Shown here: positions 35,174 through 37,408 of the stretch, piece by piece
Layout of the letters: every line of letters starts with the position of its first letter
Position numbering within the stretch: the stretch's first letter is position 1
Source: a virus
Lineage: Duplodnaviria > Caudoviricetes
Direction: 5' to 3' (one strand)
IMG/VR virus record: IMGVR_UViG_3300037424_003033
Location: 1 to 37,408 of that record
DNA: 37,408 bases
Notes under the pieces: generated by a model
What the model saw: only the letters and a program-made list of their open reading frames with translations
What the model was told of the DNA's origin: nothing
Database searches by the model: none
Program-made: the position numbers and the translations under genes

Positions 35174-35221
35174 TTTCGCCATTCAATTGGCGAAGTTTCG
35201 CCAAACAAGTGGCGCGTTACA
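35174..35221 (+). repeat. Prophage right end: two tandem 22-bp transposase-binding sites and terminal CA
   Basis: TTTCGCCATTCAATTGGCGAAG (35174-35195), TTTCGCCAAACAAGTGGCGCGT (35196-35217), then TACA; next 5 bp CCGGA fit the Mu target consensus NYSRN. Confidence 0.8.
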
Positions 35222-35260
35222 CCGGAGGCGATCAGGAAATTCGCCGAAGGGGAATTGTAG
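35222..35260 (+). pseudogene. 3' remnant of an interrupted host gene, possibly purN (PEAIRKFAEGEL*)
   Basis: 12 codons plus TAG directly after the phage end; resembles the recalled PurN C-terminus EHxxYPxAIxxFAEGxL. Confidence 0.45.
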
Positions 35261-35516
35261 GGATGAATCCCATCATTCGTAGGGCGTGTGGGCGTGAGGG
35301 CGTGAGGGCGTGTAGGATGGGATGCATCCCATCAAACAGTCAAACCTGACGATGGGATGCATCCCATCCTACGATCCCAGCATCTCCTCCAGCTCGTAGG
35401 TTGGGGTGAGCCCGCGAACCCCAACGGATATTTGCCGGATTCATGGTCATGTTGGGGTTCGTTCCTCACCCCAACCTACGGGCTCTCACGACCTCACGTC
35501 CTCACGTCCTCACGCC
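35257..35516. repeat. Host GTAG-family REP/REPIN cluster
   Basis: Perfect inverted 22-mers 35312-35333/35351-35372; second inverted pair 35396-35425/35451-35479; outer inverted 8-bp tandem arrays 35282-35313 and 35486-35516. Confidence 0.85.
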
Positions 35517-37408
35517 TTTAACTCCTCCAACTCCTCCCACCGCACATAGGCCTTGGCCAGCTCCTGCTCCACCGCCTCGAGCCGCTCGCGGCTGTTGGCG
35601 ATCGCCGCCGCCTCCTGCTGGTAGAAGGCGGGATCGCCCATGGTGGCGTGCAGCGCTTCCACCTCCGCCTCCAGCTCCTCGATGCGCTTTGGCAGGGACT
35701 CGAGTTCACGCTGGTCCTTGTAGCTGAGCTTGCTGCGCCTGGCCGCGGGTTTGCTCTCCTCGTTCTGCACGGCAGGAGCCAGCTTTGGCTTCTCCGCCGC
35801 GGTCCGTTCCGTCTCCTGCCGGCGCTGGCGCAGCCAGTCGTCGTAGCCGCCGACATACTCGTTGAGCCGCCCATCGCCCTCGAAGGCGATTGTACTGGTC
35901 ACCACGTTGTTGAGAAAGGCGCGGTCGTGGCTCACCAGCAGCAGGGTGCCGGGGTATTCGAGCAGCAGCTCCTCGAGCAGGTCGAGGGTCTCGACGTCCA
36001 GGTCGTTGGTCGGTTCGTCCATCACCAGCAGGTTGGAGGGTTTGGTGAAGAGCTTGGCCAGCAGCAGGCGGTTGCGCTCGCCGCCGGAGAGCGAGCGCAC
36101 CGGGCTGCGCGCCCGCTCCGGGGTGAAGAGGAAATCCTGCAGGTAGCCCATGATGTGCTTGCTCTGGCCGTTGATCTCGACCCGGTCGCTGCCCTGAGCG
36201 ACGTTGTCCAGCACAGAGGCCTCCTCGTCGAGCTGCGCCCGGTGCTGGTCGAAGTAGGCGATCTCCAGCTTGGTGCCGAGCTTCACCGAGCCCTGCTGCG
36301 GCACCAGCTTGCCCAGCAGTACCTGCAGCAGGGTGGTCTTGCCCGAGCCGTTGGGACCTAGGATACCGACCTTGTCGCCGCGCATGATGGCGGTGGAGAA
36401 GTCGCGGAACAGGGTCCTGCCGTCGTAGGCAAAACCGATATCGGTCGCCTCGATCACCACCTTGCCGGAACGCTCCGCCCCCTGCGCGGCGATCCGCGCC
36501 TTGCCGCCGCGTTCGCGCCGTTCGCTGCGCTCGTCGCGCATCGCCTTGAGGGCGCGCACCCGCCCCTCGTTGCGGGTGCGCCGCGCCTTGATCCCCTGGC
36601 GGATCCACGCCTCTTCCTGCGCCAGGCGCTTGTCGAACAGGGCGTTCTGCTGCGCCTCGGCCTCCAGCGCCTCCTCCTTGCGCCTGAGGTAGGTCTCGTA
36701 GTCGCCGGGCCAGGAGGTGAGCTTGCCGCGATCGAGCTCAATGATGCGGGTGGCCAGGCGCTGCAGAAACATGCGGTCGTGGGTGATGAACAGCAGGGTC
36801 CCGTTCCAGCCAAGCAGGAACTCCTCCAGCCAGGCGATGGACTCGATATCGAGGTGGTTGGTCGGCTCATCGAGCAGCAGCAGGTTCGGCTCGCGCACCA
36901 GTTCGCGCGCCAGCAGCACGCGGCGCTTGAGTCCCCCGGAGAGGGCGGCAAAGTCGGTCTCCGCCGGCAGGCCGAGGCGCGAGACAACAGACTCCACCTT
37001 CTGGTTCAGCAGCCAGCCGTCGGCCGCCTCCAGCTCGTGCTGGATGCGCTCGAGCTTGCCCATCAGCTTCTCGTCACCATCGCCCAGTTGCTGGCTGATG
37101 TGGTGATACTCGGCGAGCAGCGCGCCGGTCCTGCCGAGGCCCTCGGCGATCACGTCGAACACCGCGCCGCTGATGTCGTGCGGCACCTCCTGGGTCAACC
37201 GCGCCACCTTCAGCCCCTGCTCGCACACCACCTCACCGCCGTCGGCCTGCAGCTCGCCGTTGAGCAGCTTCATCAGGGTCGACTTGCCGGTGCCGTTGCG
37301 CCCGACCAGGCAGAGCCGCTCGCCCGGCTCGATCTGCAGGTTGATGCCGTCGAGCAGCGGCGGTCCGCCGAAGGCCAGGGTCACGTTACGCAGCGTCATC
37401 AACGCCAT
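35510..37408 (-). CDS. uup: ABC-F family ATPase Uup (host gene)
   Basis: Two ABC domains (GRNGTGKST/LSGG/DEPTNHLD; GPNGSGKTT/LSGGE/DEPTNDLD), WIRQGIKARRTRNEGRVRALK linker, KLSYKDQREL C-terminal domain. Confidence 0.95.
   Translation of the reverse strand: MALMTLRNVTLAFGGPPLLDGINLQIEPGERLCLVGRNGTGKSTLMKLLNGELQADGGEVVCEQGLKVARLTQEVPHDISGAVFDVIAEGLGRTGALLAEYHHISQQLGDGDEKLMGKLERIQHELEAADGWLLNQKVESVVSRLGLPAETDFAALSGGLKRRVLLARELVREPNLLLLDEPTNHLDIESIAWLEEFLLGWNGTLLFITHDRMFLQRLATRIIELDRGKLTSWPGDYETYLRRKEEALEAEAQQNALFDKRLAQEEAWIRQGIKARRTRNEGRVRALKAMRDERSERRERGGKARIAAQGAERSGKVVIEATDIGFAYDGRTLFRDFSTAIMRGDKVGILGPNGSGKTTLLQVLLGKLVPQQGSVKLGTKLEIAYFDQHRAQLDEEASVLDNVAQGSDRVEINGQSKHIMGYLQDFLFTPERARSPVRSLSGGERNRLLLAKLFTKPSNLLVMDEPTNDLDVETLDLLEELLLEYPGTLLLVSHDRAFLNNVVTSTIAFEGDGRLNEYVGGYDDWLRQRRQETERTAAEKPKLAPAVQNEESKPAARRSKLSYKDQRELESLPKRIEELEAEVEALHATMGDPAFYQQEAAAIANSRERLEAVEQELAKAYVRWEELEELKA

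Larger units (their letters stand above)
1..35221 (+). mobile_element. Mu-like transposable prophage (contractile tail) carrying a DGR; left end outside the window
   Basis: MuA/MuB pair, Mor-family activator, Mu-like gp25-gp48 synteny, right end with tandem 22-bp sites and terminal CA at 35220-35221. Confidence 0.95.

Noticed and set aside
35257-35516. CRISPR array or phage-end repeats
   Set aside because: Repeats are inverted, lack regular unique spacers, have no cas genes nearby and lie beyond the terminal CA

Overview
Positions 1-35221 are an almost complete Mu-like transposable prophage with a contractile tail. The left end, repressor and ner are upstream of the window. Nearly all genes are on the + strand in Mu-like order: transposase A and B, semi-essential region (DUF3164, DnaQ-like exonuclease, GemA, Mor/C activator), lysis, head, tail and baseplate. 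Where Mu has the invertible G segment, gin and com/mom, this phage has a complete diversity-generating retroelement (DGR). It comprises an Mtd-like receptor-binding protein with a C-terminal variable repeat (33300-33424), avd, a template repeat (33826-33950) that differs from the VR at 10 positions, all TR adenines, a structured spacer, and a reverse transcriptase as the last phage gene. The right end follows (two 22-bp sites, then CA at 35220-35221). Signals read directly from the DNA: a type II hammerhead ribozyme upstream of the dnaQ-like gene, two near-identical and apparently leaderless late promoters, the Mu-type -2 frameshift site in the tail chaperone, an internal scaffold start, a signal-peptide-like extension on the major capsid protein, and two antisense moron-like genes. 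The host flank has a probable purN 3' remnant, a nested REP/REPIN cluster and uup on the - strand. Family assignments come from recalled motifs and synteny, not database searches.
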